DNA of 64,000 bases, from assembly GCA_903832855.1 (NCBI GenBank), contig CAILDB010000014.1, forward strand, positions 128,144 through 192,143. Direction: 5' to 3'. Each line of letters begins with the position of its first letter. Within the stretch, counting starts at the first letter, position 1. Below the pieces are notes generated by a model that searched no databases, was not told the origin of the DNA, and was given only the letters and a program-made list of their open reading frames with translations. The translations under genes were made by a program, and so were the position numbers. Shown here piece after piece: positions 19,252-29,744 of this stretch. The DNA is from an uncultured bacterium. Its GTDB lineage: Bacteria > Patescibacteriota > Minisyncoccia > Phycocordibacterales > GWA1-40-21.

Positions 19252-19848
19252 ATGAAAACAGAAAAAACATTCGTAATAATAAAACCAGATGGCGTTCAGC
19301 GCTCACTCATAGGTGAGATAATCGGAAGATTTGAAAGAGTCGGGCTCAAACTCGTGGCAATGAAAATGGTTGTGCCTACGGAAGAAATAGTTGGAAGTCA
19401 TTACACACTTGACCCAGCGTGGATTAAAAAAGTCGGTGAAAAATCAATCAAAGGGTACGAATCAAAAGGGCAAGTTCCTCCCTCAAAAGATCCAATTGAA
19501 CTTGGCAACAGAGTTCTTGAAGTTTTGAAAAAATATTTTACAAGCGGGCCAGTAGTAGCAATGGTTTGGCAGGGAGCACACGCAGTTCCGGTTGTTAGAA
19601 AAATAGTTGGTGGGACAGAACCTTTGACTTCAGATGTTGGAACTATTCGTGGAGATTTTGTTCTTGATTCTTATCAAATGTCAGATACAGATGGTAGGGC
19701 AATCAGAAATGTCATTCACGCCTCAGGTTCCGTAGATGAAGCAAAAAATGAAATTGACCTTTGGTTTAAAAAAGAAAATATAATAAATTACAGATTGGTT
19801 CAGGATGCTATTTTGTATGATGTAAATCTGGATGGGCTTTTGGAATAA
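19252..19848 (+). CDS. ndk: Nucleoside diphosphate kinase (extended, with insertions)
   Basis: FVIIKPDGVQRSLIGEIIGRFERVGLKLVAMK, SGPVVAMVWQG and TIRGDF are present. At 198 aa it is longer than the canonical ~140 aa. Confidence 0.85.
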   Translation: MKTEKTFVIIKPDGVQRSLIGEIIGRFERVGLKLVAMKMVVPTEEIVGSHYTLDPAWIKKVGEKSIKGYESKGQVPPSKDPIELGNRVLEVLKKYFTSGPVVAMVWQGAHAVPVVRKIVGGTEPLTSDVGTIRGDFVLDSYQMSDTDGRAIRNVIHASGSVDEAKNEIDLWFKKENIINYRLVQDAILYDVNLDGLLE

Positions 19849-19862
19849 GACTAAATGCCAAG

Positions 19863-19908
19863 TGGACAGCAAAAAGACGAGGAAATTCCTCGTCTTTTTG
19901 CTGTCCAC
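19863..19908 (+). terminator. 21-bp perfect hairpin downstream of ndk (gtggacagcaaaaagacgagg-aaatt-cctcgtctttttgctgtccac)
   Basis: A perfect inverted repeat immediately 3' of ndk. Confidence 0.5.
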
Positions 19909-19938
19909 AGGTTTATCTTTAAAATGATGAGGAATTGC

Positions 19939-19966
19939 TTGACTTTATTTTTGTTTCCTATATACT
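19939..19966 (+). promoter_or_regulatory. Candidate 23S rRNA promoter (TTGACT-16-TATACT); several leader hairpins follow
   Basis: Consensus-like hexamers about 430 nt upstream of the 23S 5' end. Leader stem-loops lie at about 20048-20080, 20130-20147 and 20183-20205. Confidence 0.4.
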
Positions 19967-20946
19967 CTTCACTACGCAGATATGTTAAAACAAAATCAAT
20001 TTTTTAAGCGGGGAATATAGTAACTCTCTTAAAAGGGTTATCTGTATGAAACCGCAAAAGAAGCGGTTTTTGTTTTTTGCCGGATGAATGATGTTTGATA
20101 ATAAAATTCTGTCATAATATCACCAATTTGTTACCGCAAGGTAACCTGTGGGTCTTTTATAGATATTATAGACAGGCAGGTTCGTCATCAATATGATGAT
20201 GACGAAAAAATGTTTGTTGTGTGATTGATTTTACGCAACAGACCGAAAAAATAATTAACCCTAAAAAATTTTTACTATCGCATTTGCTAAAAAGCAAATG
20301 CATGGAAAATCTGAGAAGATTTTCTAATAGTAAAAACTTTAAAGGGTAAATAAATTGTGGTTTTTAAATTTCCTAATAGGAAATTTAAGAGCATATGGTG
20401 GATGCCTTGACTTAAAGAGGCGATGAAGGACGCAGTATGGCGGCGATACGCTTCGGGGAGGTGCCTAGCAACCTTTGATCCGGAGATTTCCGAATGGGGA
20501 AACCCTTCCGATTATGTCGGAAATCTTACACTTGATGTAAGATGCGCACCCAGGGAAGTAAAACATTTCAGTACCTGGTGGAAAAGAAAACAATGCTACG
20601 CAAGTAGCAACATTTCCTGAATAGTGGCGAGCGAAAAGGAAATAGCCCAAACCGATTACGAACTTTGTGCAGAACAGAAAACTGGATTCCCGTCTTCACG
20701 GGAATGACAGTCGTTGTGTATAAAGTTCGTAATCGGGGTAGTAAGACAATAACGTTATATTTATATAAGAAAAGTTACAAAATATTTTGTTAGCGGAATC
20801 CACTGGGAAGTGGAACCCTAGGGGGTAATAGTCCCGTACGCGAAAATAAAATATCTTTTCTGTTGTTGTTCTTGAGTATCTCAAGACACGAATGGCTTGA
20901 GAGAATCTGCCGGAACTAACCGGTAAGGCTAAATACTCTTTAAGAT

Positions 20947-20985
<39 letters not shown>

Positions 20986-22526
20986 GCCCGGTGAGGGCGA
21001 TGAAATAGACCTGAAACCATATGCTTACAAGGAGTCGGAGCGGGCTGGACATTGTGTCTAACTTGCAAAGATTTAAATTATTATTTTTTGGTACGCGAAA
21101 ATTTCTAGCAAGAAATTTTCGCGTGCTAAAAAATTATTTAACTTTTTGCAAAATTGTTAGTCATAGTGTCCAGTCCGTCACGGCGTGCCTATTGAAGAAT
21201 GAGCCAACGAGTTGATGTATGAAGCGGGCTAAGCCCTTTGCCGGGTGGAGCCATAGCGAAAGCGAGTATGAATAGTGCGTTTGTTTTATACATCAGACCC
21301 GAAACCAGAGCGAGCTTGTCTTGAGCAGGATGAACCTTTGAGAAATCAAAGGGGAGGTCCGAACCGTTGAGCCGTGCAAAACTCTCGGATGACTTGAGAT
21401 AAGAAGTGAAAAGCTAATCGAGCCTGGTAATAGCTGGTTCTCTCCGAAATAGCTTTTGGGCTAGCGTCAGATGTACCTTCTAGGGGTAGAGCACTGGAAG
21501 GTCTCGACAGGTGGAAACATCGCGAGACCTATCAAACTCCGAATACTAGAAATTAATTATCTGGCAGTTAGACTGTGGAGGCTAAGCCCCATGGTCAAAA
21601 GGGAAACAGCCCGCATCTCTATTTAAGGTCCCTAAATCTACACTAAGTGTACTTAAGGTGGTGTTTTTTCTCAGACAGCAAGGAGGTTGGCTTAGAGGCA
21701 GCCATCCTTTAAAGATAGCGTAACAGCTCACTTGCTAAGAGATTTCGCGCCGCAGATAATCGGGGCTAAGTGTGGTACCGAAACTGAGGACTGTATTTTA
21801 CTTCGGTAAAATGTAGTGGTAGGAGAGTATTCCAATCTGCAATGAAGCCAAAGAGGTGACTCATGGTGGAGCGATTGGAAGTAAGAATGTTGGCACAAGT
21901 AACCGCAATGCAGGTGAGAATCCTGCACGCCGAAAAACCAAGGTTTCCTTCGCGATGGTAATCAGCGAAGGGTTAGTCGGTCCTAAGGGGATGGCGATAG
22001 CCGAACCCGATGGGCATATGGTTAATATTCCATAACTTTTGTGTATTGCGATGAGTTGACGGAATTTAGTATGTTTGGCACATTATCGGATTTGTGTCCG
22101 TGTTGTCAGGGTGATGTCTAGGAAAATCCGGATGTCTTTCTTTAATGATAAATCCAAGCAAAGCGGAAATTCTGCACTTCGGTGCGGGAGATCAAACAAA
22201 GCAGATTTCCAAGAAAATTCTCTAAGCATAAATACATAAAAACCGTACCGCAAACCGACACAGGTGGTTTGCTCGAGTAGAGTAAGGCGAACGAGTGATA
22301 GATCTTCAAGGAACTCGGCAAAGAAGCAGCCGTAAGTTCGCAATAAGGCTTGCCTCTCGCAAGAGAGGCCGCAGCTAAAGATTTCCTGCTAACTGTTTAA
22401 CAAAAACACAGCTCCCTGCGAACTCGTAAGAGGATGTATAGGGGGTGACACTTGACCAATGCCAGAAGGTCAACCGGCGACGTTGTATGAATCGCAAGAT
22501 TTATATGGTGATTGTCGTAAGCCCTG

Positions 22527-22561
<35 letters not shown>

Positions 22562-22564
22562 TCT

Positions 22565-22757
22565 CAACTTATTTTATAATGAGTTGAGAAGGACTGGGAC
22601 TGTTAAAATTATCGGTCTTGATAAACAAAATAATAAATTACATTAAAGCTACCTAATACATAGTAATATGTATTTAGTCCAAACATAGTTAACTAGAGAC
22701 CAACGCTATGCATCCGATCTCAGCAATGAGAGGATGAAGATAGAGTCCAACCCTAAG
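22565..22757 (+). mobile_element. ORF-less ~190-nt group I-like intron in 23S (between GGTCCTAAGG and TAAGGAATGGTCGAGCGAAATTCC)
   Basis: The conserved 23S block is split. The insert contains a group I S-like element, GAAGATAGAGTCC. Confidence 0.4.
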
Positions 22758-23361
22758 GAATGGTCGAGCGAAATTCCTTGTCAGGTAAGTTCTGACGTGC
22801 TTGAATAGTGTAATGAGTGGGAAACTGTCTCGAAGATCAGCTCGGTGAAAATGCAATACCGGTGAAGATGCCGGTTACCTGCAGTTAGACGAAAAGACCC
22901 TAGAAGCTTTACTGCAACTTGATATTGAGTATATGTTTTGGATGCGTAGCGTAGACGGGAGGATTTGAAGTTTTTCTTTCGGGGGAAATGGATCCGCAAG
23001 TGAAATACCGTTCTTTTTGAATATATATTCTAATCTGTGCGTAAAAACCGCATAGAAACAGTATCTGGTGGGTAGTTTTAGTGGGGCGCTATCCTTCGGG
23101 ATATAACCAAATTTTGGTTGTGTCTCGAAGCCGTTGCGCCCCCAGAGGAGTTCACCTCAAAACAAATAAAAAAGGGGGACCATAGTGAGTAATCATTATG
23201 AGAAAAGTTGGTAATATCGGTAGACATCTTATGTTACAATAAGACAATACCGAGGGAAACCGCAAGGTACCCGTAGAGACTATAACCCAACCATCTTAAA
23301 AAAGATGATGATATAGTCCGATCTTTATGGCGACATAAAGCTTGCGTCGTAAGCAAGAACC

Positions 23362-24003
23362 ATGAATACAAAAGAAATTAGAGACTATAAAGCAAATCTC
23401 AAACTTTCTGAAACACAGAAATCAATTTTATTTGGCACTTTGCTAGGTGATGGACATTTAGAGACACAAGATAATGGTAAAACATATCGTCTCAAGATAG
23501 AACATTCAACCAAGCAAAATGATTATACCGATTGGTTACATAATCAGCTGAAAGAATGGATTAGAGGTGGAGTATATAAGAAAAACAAAAAGAATCGAGA
23601 ATATGTTGGTTTTACCACTTATTCTCATAAGGAATTCAGAGCTTATGCAGAATTATTTTACGATAATTTTGGTAAAAAAAGAATCCCTAAAATATTCAGA
23701 GAATTAATTGATCCTTTATCATTAGCCATTTGGTTTATGGATGATGGATCGTTAAAATCTTTAAGGCACAGAACTTATATAATTCATTCACTTGGTTTTC
23801 AGAGGAAAGATTTGGAATTAGTCCAAGATTCATTATTGAAAAAGTTTAATATTGAATCAAGTCTTCATAAACAAAAAGGAAAATATTTGAGAATATATAT
23901 CCTATCAAAATCAGCAGAAATGTTTGAAAATTTGATAATGAAATATGTCTCTATTATTCCATCTATGAAGCATAAAATGGTTAACAAAATGCCTAAAAAG
24001 TAA
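23362..24003 (+). CDS. LAGLIDADG homing endonuclease (double-motif) encoded in a 23S group I intron
   Basis: LLGDGHL and WFMDDGS motifs are present. The group I S element GATATAGTCC lies just upstream. The stop codon abuts the exon sequence ACGGAGGAGC. Confidence 0.85.
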   Translation: MNTKEIRDYKANLKLSETQKSILFGTLLGDGHLETQDNGKTYRLKIEHSTKQNDYTDWLHNQLKEWIRGGVYKKNKKNREYVGFTTYSHKEFRAYAELFYDNFGKKRIPKIFRELIDPLSLAIWFMDDGSLKSLRHRTYIIHSLGFQRKDLELVQDSLLKKFNIESSLHKQKGKYLRIYILSKSAEMFENLIMKYVSIIPSMKHKMVNKMPKK

Positions 24004-24322
24004 CGGAGGAGCCTATTAAGGTTAGCTAACCGCGAATGGAAACCGTGGTGATAGTGTATTGGCACAAGCTAGCTTGACTGTGAGATTTACACATCAAACA
24101 GGTGCGAAAGCAGAGCAAAGTGAACCGACCATTCGCATTAGATGCGATGGGAGATTATCGGACAAAAGCTACTCTAGGGATAACAGGCTAGTTCCGCCTA
24201 AGAGTTCATATCGACGGCGGAGTTCGGCACCTCGATAAACACCGAATGTCGAGGTTATAAATCAGCTCATAACGGAGAACGCCATAATCGCGAAAGTATA
24301 TCTGAGATGGTATACTAAAATT

Positions 24323-25021
24323 ATGGTCAACACCGTGGGAAGTTATGAAAAAAATAAACATTGGACTAGGAAATGGTCAGCTTTTAAAAGCAAAACTGAA
24401 AATTCTTTTCTAAATCCTATACAAAAATCCTTATTAATTGGATCAATGTTAGGAGATGGAACCATGAGAATGGGAAAGAATGCGACGAATGCAAATTTTA
24501 AAGTTGATCACGGTCTCAAGCAAAAAGAATATGTTTTCTGGAAATACGAGATTTTAAAAAATTTCGTACCTACTCCACCCAAACTTAGTTATCGCACAAA
24601 TTTAAATGGTGTGCGATACGAAAAGTCCTGGTGGTTTAGAACAGTAAGACATCCATTATTAACCGATATTTATTATTGGTTTTATAAAACAAAGTCATAT
24701 AGATGTGGGACAAAAATTGTTCCATTAGATTTGTGTGATTTTTTGGATCCGCTGGCCATGGCCGTGTGGATTATGGATGACGGTTCATATTCAAGAAAAA
24801 GGCTTGATATCAGCACCTATTCCTTCACTTTACAAGAAGTTAAATTTCTTTGCTTAATTATTAAGAAGAAATTTAAGATAAACATGTTGTATCATATGGA
24901 TAGAGATAAAGGCTATCGAATGTATGCAAATATGTTGGAAACAAAAAAACTTGTAGACCTGATAAAACCATATATCATTCAAACAATGATGTATAAAACA
25001 GGAAATATCATAACCCCGTAA
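24323..25021 (+). CDS. LAGLIDADG homing endonuclease (double-motif) in a second 23S intron (~24241-25186)
   Basis: MLGDGTM and WIMDDGSY motifs are present. The intron splits GGCACCTCGAT | GTCGGCTCATC. Confidence 0.85.
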   Translation: MVNTVGSYEKNKHWTRKWSAFKSKTENSFLNPIQKSLLIGSMLGDGTMRMGKNATNANFKVDHGLKQKEYVFWKYEILKNFVPTPPKLSYRTNLNGVRYEKSWWFRTVRHPLLTDIYYWFYKTKSYRCGTKIVPLDLCDFLDPLAMAVWIMDDGSYSRKRLDISTYSFTLQEVKFLCLIIKKKFKINMLYHMDRDKGYRMYANMLETKKLVDLIKPYIIQTMMYKTGNIITP

Positions 25022-25265
25022 CGACTGAATTTATCACTAAATGTTTAGTGATAATGAAGATAGTAAGCAATTACTATAAAACGCTGGTATTTTAGATGGT
25101 ATCTAAAATAAAGGTATAGTCTATTCCACTAGTAATAGTGGCCGTGTGGTAGGAATACTACACATAAGTAATATGGTCGGCTCATCTTATCCTGGGGGTG
25201 GAGAAGCTCCCAAGGGTATGGCTGTTCGCCATTTAAAAAGATACGCGAGCTGGGTTCAAACCGTA

Positions 25266-26015
25266 TAGAAGTCAAATTTTGACTTTTTTACAGTTTGAAT
25301 CCCACGAGAGAATAATTATTTTCGTTTAGAAAATTTACCCATTCAAATTTTTAATTCATATTTAAAATTTGTGTGGGCGATAATGATAGATAAGAGAAAC
25401 AATCAAATCACGGCGGCTATTATTTTTTAAATAATAGACCAAGCTGATTTATATCGGTGGAGTCCATTTAAAAGTGGATAATACCGAGGGAAGTTTGTGA
25501 ATTTTGTTGAGGAAAAATGTGGGGGAATTCGATTATCCCAAGTGGATCGCACGGTAATGCGTGGAGCACCACTTGGAGCGGCGCAAGTTCGGCTTGGCCA
25601 TCGTAATTCCCTCACTTCAATTAAGAGAAAGAGACGTGTGGTTTCTGGACGCATAGTTGCCAATACTAGGGACTGATTCGTTTGGCCCTTTCGGGGGTCG
25701 GCGAAGGTACCATAAATTAAAAAAAGGCGACGATCTGCGTTCTTACGAGGTCCAAACCCTCGCACACGTTTCCTTAATGTTCTTTTCAGCAAGTGTGGGG
25801 TGGTAGCTCAAGGTTGGGGAAATCCCTGGCCAGGAAGAGTGCGAAGATGGCATCTTCGAGGTTGCAGGTTCAACTCCTGCCCATCCCACCAAACCTTACA
25901 ATCGTGTAAGGTCTTCAACAAAATTCATAAACACCCGTAGAGACTAAATATCAGCAGTTATGAAAGCAATTTCATAATGAAGCTATAGTCCATTGCAACG
26001 AGTAATCGTTGGTAA
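25266..26015 (+). mobile_element. ~750-nt 23S insertion with no intact ORF; part of it is GC-rich
   Basis: It interrupts GCTGGGTTCAAACCGTA | CGTGAGACAGGTTGGTCTCCTATCT. No + strand ORF of 60 aa or more is present. It contains a tRNA-like element. Confidence 0.45.
25797..25891 (+). ncRNA. tRNA-like element inside the 23S insertion: 7-bp acceptor stem, anticodon-like arm (loop ATGGCAT), perfect T-arm (GCAGG-TTCAACT-CCTGC) and encoded CCA; the D-region is aberrantly long
   Basis: Folded by hand. The acceptor is ggggtgg/ccatccc, followed by a discriminator A and CCA. The D-arm is non-canonical, so a functional tRNA is unlikely. Confidence 0.3.
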
Positions 26016-26202
26016 CAAGCGTGAGACAGGTTGGTCTCCTATCTACTGCAGGCGTTGATTTTTGAGGGGATTTGTTTTTAGTAAAATTTTGCTACTTCAG
26101 AGAGTAATCTCTGATGACAAAGTGGCTAATAACGGTGAAATCTAGTTTTAATCTGGATCTGTTGATAACTATTATTGGATAGGTCGTCCAATATGTAGTA
26201 CA

Positions 26203-26730
26203 ATGGTATCAATTATGATACTTGAGGACCAGAAAAAAATAGACAATACCGTGGGAAGTCGATCTAGGATTAATCTAGCTTATATAGCAGGTTTTCTTGA
26301 TGGCGATGGAAGTGTAATGCTTCAAGTTAAGAAAAGACCGGATGGTAAAAATAAATTTAGGTTTATGGCTACTATCTGTTTTTATCAAGACACTCGTCAT
26401 GAGAGAGATCTGTATTGGATTAGAAAAGTTTTCGGAATTGGTTATATATCAAAAAGAAATGATGGTATGACTGAACTCCGAATAAATGGATATTCTCAGG
26501 TTGAGAATATTATTACATTGCTTTATCCTTTTGTGAGATTTAAAAAATCTCAATGTAAAAGTTTGTTGAAAGCGTGCAAAATACTTTCTAGTACAAAATA
26601 TAAGTTATTAAAAGAAAAGCAATTAAGAAAAGTCGTTAAATATATTTTGGAAATACAAAACCAGAATTATGTTACAAAACGAAAGAAAACTGAAGAAGAA
26701 TTGCTTAAAATCATAGGTTTGACCCCGTAA
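26203..26730 (+). CDS. LAGLIDADG homing endonuclease (single-motif) in a third ORF-bearing 23S intron (~26062-26846)
   Basis: The motif LAYIAGFLDGDGSV is present. The group I S element GAAGATATAGTC lies downstream before the exon GCGCTCCTAGT. Confidence 0.8.
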   Translation: MVSIMILEDQKKIDNTVGSRSRINLAYIAGFLDGDGSVMLQVKKRPDGKNKFRFMATICFYQDTRHERDLYWIRKVFGIGYISKRNDGMTELRINGYSQVENIITLLYPFVRFKKSQCKSLLKACKILSSTKYKLLKEKQLRKVVKYILEIQNQNYVTKRKKTEEELLKIIGLTP

Positions 26731-27259
26731 CGACTTGTTCATTTATAAATGAACAGACTTGCATATAGAGGAATCGTTTCTCTGAAAACGACAGCTTATG
26801 CCTGTAATACGCCAACATCCAAGTTTCAAGGTGAAGATGGATGAAGATATAGTCTGCGCTCCTAGTGATAGGGGAACATCAGCCAACAAAAGTTGGTTAG
26901 ATATAAGCGACGAGAGGACCAAAATGAACGTACCTCTGGTGTGTCTGCTGTCCTGCCAAGGGCATCGCAGAGTAGCTATGTATGGAACGGATAAACTCTG
27001 AAAGCATCTAAGAGTGAAGCCGTCCCCAAGATTAGAAATCGTTATGAGACTCCTGGGAGATGACCAGGTTGATAGGTTGTAGCTGTAAGCACAGTGATGT
27101 GTTGAGGCGAGCAATACTAATTCGTCCATTCTTATTAGGAAATTTAAAAATCCAATTTGTATTATTTTTTTCGGTCTGCTGTGTGAAATTAATTATGTGG
27201 TTAAAATACCATTTATTTTCACAAGAAGTTTTTCTATAGATTAAGTATTGAGTTTTTAG

Positions 27260-27371
27260 TTCTGGTGGTTCGTCGCAGAGGTCACACCTGATCTCATTCC
27301 GAACTCAGAAGTTAAGCTCTGTTGAGGCGATGATAGTCCTTATGGGGCGAAAGTAGCTAGCCGCCGGAACT
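27260..27371 (+). rRNA. rrf: 5S rRNA
   Basis: CACACCTGATCTCATTCCGAACTCAGAAGTTAAGC is present. Helix I is formed by ttctggtggtt / agccgccggaa with G-U pairs. Confidence 0.8.
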
Positions 27372-27390
27372 AAGAACTTAATCTAAAATA

Positions 27391-27417
27391 ACACCAAATG
27401 CAAAAATGGTGTTTTTG
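27391..27417 (+). terminator. Hairpin plus T-run after 5S (aacacca-aatgcaaaa-tggtgttttt)
   Basis: A stem-loop followed by T's. Confidence 0.45.
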
Positions 27418-27419
27418 AT

Positions 27420-27692
27420 TTTGTCGCAGAATGTCCCGACTTACCAAGCTCAGAAGTTCCTCACAGATAATTTTCTGCTGAAAATTTCTGCGAACCCGTC
27501 TCGCACCGTCGTGCTCCGACTTTAAAGTTGGGTCCCATCCCAACTTTAACTCAGTTGAGGCGATGATAGTCCTTATGGGGTGAGTTTGGGATGGAACCCA
27601 AACGCAAGACCGGAGCGCGACGGCGCGAGGTAGGGCTGAAAGATTTTTTAGCAAAAAAATACTTTTGGCAAAGTAGCTAGCCGCCGGAACTA
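27420..27692 (+). pseudogene. Degenerate second 5S-like copy with two insertions that form a nested ~50-bp imperfect inverted repeat around a 5S fragment
   Basis: It shares ..CAGAAGTT.., TTGAGGCGATGATAGTCCTTATGGGG and AGTAGCTAGCCGCCGGAACTAA with the 5S gene but lacks the helix I 5' strand. Inserts at about 27459-27549 and 27585-27665 are GC-rich and mutually inverted. Confidence 0.4.
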
Positions 27693-27710
27693 AACGTTTA
27701 ATTTTTTAGA

Positions 27711-27750
27711 AAAAACCGCCCCCGAAATCTGATTTCGGGGGCGGTTTTGC
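27711..27750 (+). terminator. Strong rho-independent terminator (aaaaaaccgccccc-gaaatctgatttc-gggggcggtttt)
   Basis: A GC-rich 9-bp stem with a T-run. Confidence 0.6.
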
Positions 27751-27786
27751 CTTTGGTTTTTTGTTTAACTTTGCTATAATACTTTT

Positions 27787-28554
27787 ATGTCTTGGGCAAC
27801 CAGAAGAAAAGCAACATATCTTGGAACAATAATTTTGATTCTTGTTTTGGTTGTTATTGCTATTTCTTATTCCATTTTTTATAAAAAGGCGAGTTGCACG
27901 GATGGTATTCAGAATCAAAACGAAGCAGGAATTGATTGCGGAGGACCATGTCAGAATCTTTGCCGAGCAAGCTATGTTTCCCCAAACCTTCTTTGGACCG
28001 CAAAATCAAAAATAAAATCCACTGGACTTTACAGTGTCCTCGCATATCTTGAAAATCCAAACATTGGCGTGGGTTCCGGACCTGTCGGATATGATTTTCG
28101 GGTCTATGATAAAAACAGAATTTTGCTTGGAGAAAAAGTTGGCAAAACTACAATCCCATCAAACAAAAATTTTGCTGTCTTTGAAGATAATTTAAATTTA
28201 AATGATAAAGTTCCTGTAAATGTTGATTTTATTTTTACGCAAGCTATTCCTTGGCAGAAAATACAGAGTAAAGAGGAGTTTATCACGATTTCTTCGAAAG
28301 TAATGTCAAATACAGATACCAAGCCAAGATTGGATGTTGTTGTAAAAAACACATCTCTTTCTACTATTTCCAATATTGAACTCGTCGGAATTCTTTATGA
28401 TTCAAATGATAATGCCATCGCTTTTTCTAAAACAAAAATAGATCAGATTGCAGGGCAGGGGCAGGGAACCGCGGTATTTACTTGGCCCGAACCTTTCGGG
28501 AAAAATATTTACAGAATAGAAGTCGTGGCAAAAGTCCTTTCCTCTAGCAATTAA
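27787..28554 (+). CDS. Membrane-anchored hypothetical protein (N-terminal TM, extracytoplasmic domain) immediately upstream of rodA
   Basis: A 255-aa product with the TM helix LGTIILILVLVVIAISYSIF and no recognisable catalytic motif. Confidence 0.45.
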   Translation: MSWATRRKATYLGTIILILVLVVIAISYSIFYKKASCTDGIQNQNEAGIDCGGPCQNLCRASYVSPNLLWTAKSKIKSTGLYSVLAYLENPNIGVGSGPVGYDFRVYDKNRILLGEKVGKTTIPSNKNFAVFEDNLNLNDKVPVNVDFIFTQAIPWQKIQSKEEFITISSKVMSNTDTKPRLDVVVKNTSLSTISNIELVGILYDSNDNAIAFSKTKIDQIAGQGQGTAVFTWPEPFGKNIYRIEVVAKVLSSSN

Positions 28555-28560
28555 TCCGAT

Positions 28561-29709
28561 ATGAATGTAAGTATTTTCAAAAAGCCACTACCATTAATAG
28601 GTAAGGTTGATATTGATTGGATTTTGTTTTTTTCTGCCTTTTGTATTTCTGTGCTCGGACTTTTGACAATGAATTCTTTTACCGGTGACAGCAGTTTCTT
28701 TTTTAAACAAACACTTTGGCTCATTGTCGCAACCCTCGCATTTTTTTTCTTTAGTTTTTTTGATTTCAGATTTTTGAGAAAAACGAGTGTCGTGGTCACT
28801 ATTTTTGTTTTTTCTTTTTTCTTGTTGCTTGCCTTGTTTGCTGTCGGAAAAGTTTCAAAAGGCGCGGAAAGCTGGTTTAACTTTGGTTCTTTTGCTTTTC
28901 AACCAGTTGAATTTGTAAAGCTCGCCCTCATCATTCTCTTTGCAAAATATTTTTCCAGAAGACATATTGAAATTGCAAATATTCGCCACATTATTGTTTC
29001 TGGATTTTATGCTTTTGTCGTTTTTGCCCTTGTTCTATTTCAGCCGGATTTTGGTTCTGCTCTCGTCATACTTTTGATTTGGCTTGGAATGATTTTGGTT
29101 TCTGGTGTCTCAAAAAAACATTTATTTATTGTTTTTGCTCTCGGTATGCTTGCCTTCGGCGTGCTTTGGGGATTTGTCCTGCAGGATTATCAGAAACAAA
29201 GGGTCATAAACTTTATTCATCCTCTCGCCGATATTCGTGGAGCAGGATACAGCGCGTATCAGTCCACTATTGCTGTGGGTTCTGGACAAATGCTTGGTAA
29301 GGGCGTTGGTTACGGCACTCAATCCAAACTCCAATTTTTGCCAGAATATCACACCGACTTTATTTTTGCCGCGTTTGCGGAAGAGTGGGGTTTTGTTGGA
29401 GTGATAATTTTGTTTGGACTTTTTGGCACGCTCTTAGCACGACTATTATTTAATTCTTATTATGGTGCAACAAATTTTGAAATACTTTTCGGGCTTGGTC
29501 TTGCTATTTTATTTATAAGTCACTTCATCGTAAATGTCGGAATGAATATAGGCCTGATGCCTGTCACGGGTATTACTTTCCCGTTTATGAGCTACGGTGG
29601 TACAAATCTTTTAATATCTTTTTCTTGTCTTGGAATTTTAATGGGTATGCGAAAATACCGCAGAGCTACTCACCGAGATGTAATGAGCAATGAATTTTTG
29701 GGGCTTTAG
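28561..29709 (+). CDS. SEDS-family peptidoglycan glycosyltransferase (RodA/FtsW)
   Basis: Multi-TM. FIFAAFAEEWGFVGV and GITFPFMSYGGTNLL are SEDS signatures. Confidence 0.85.
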   Translation: MNVSIFKKPLPLIGKVDIDWILFFSAFCISVLGLLTMNSFTGDSSFFFKQTLWLIVATLAFFFFSFFDFRFLRKTSVVVTIFVFSFFLLLALFAVGKVSKGAESWFNFGSFAFQPVEFVKLALIILFAKYFSRRHIEIANIRHIIVSGFYAFVVFALVLFQPDFGSALVILLIWLGMILVSGVSKKHLFIVFALGMLAFGVLWGFVLQDYQKQRVINFIHPLADIRGAGYSAYQSTIAVGSGQMLGKGVGYGTQSKLQFLPEYHTDFIFAAFAEEWGFVGVIILFGLFGTLLARLLFNSYYGATNFEILFGLGLAILFISHFIVNVGMNIGLMPVTGITFPFMSYGGTNLLISFSCLGILMGMRKYRRATHRDVMSNEFLGL

Positions 29710-29744
29710 GTTATCCGTTTAAATTAATACTATAGTAACAAGCC

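Noticed and set aside
20048-20080. Terminator-like hairpin (aaaccgc-aaaagaa-gcggttt plus T-run) between the 23S promoter candidate and the 23S 5' end, as evidence against the promoter call
   Set aside because: It could equally be a leader processing or attenuation structure. Without transcript data, neither the promoter nor the terminator function can be settled, so it is noted as a caveat and not called as a feature.
25427-25792. 121-aa minus-strand ORF inside the GC-rich 23S insertion
   Set aside because: The product is Arg-rich and low-complexity, typical of spurious translation of structured GC-rich RNA. There are no start or promoter signals.
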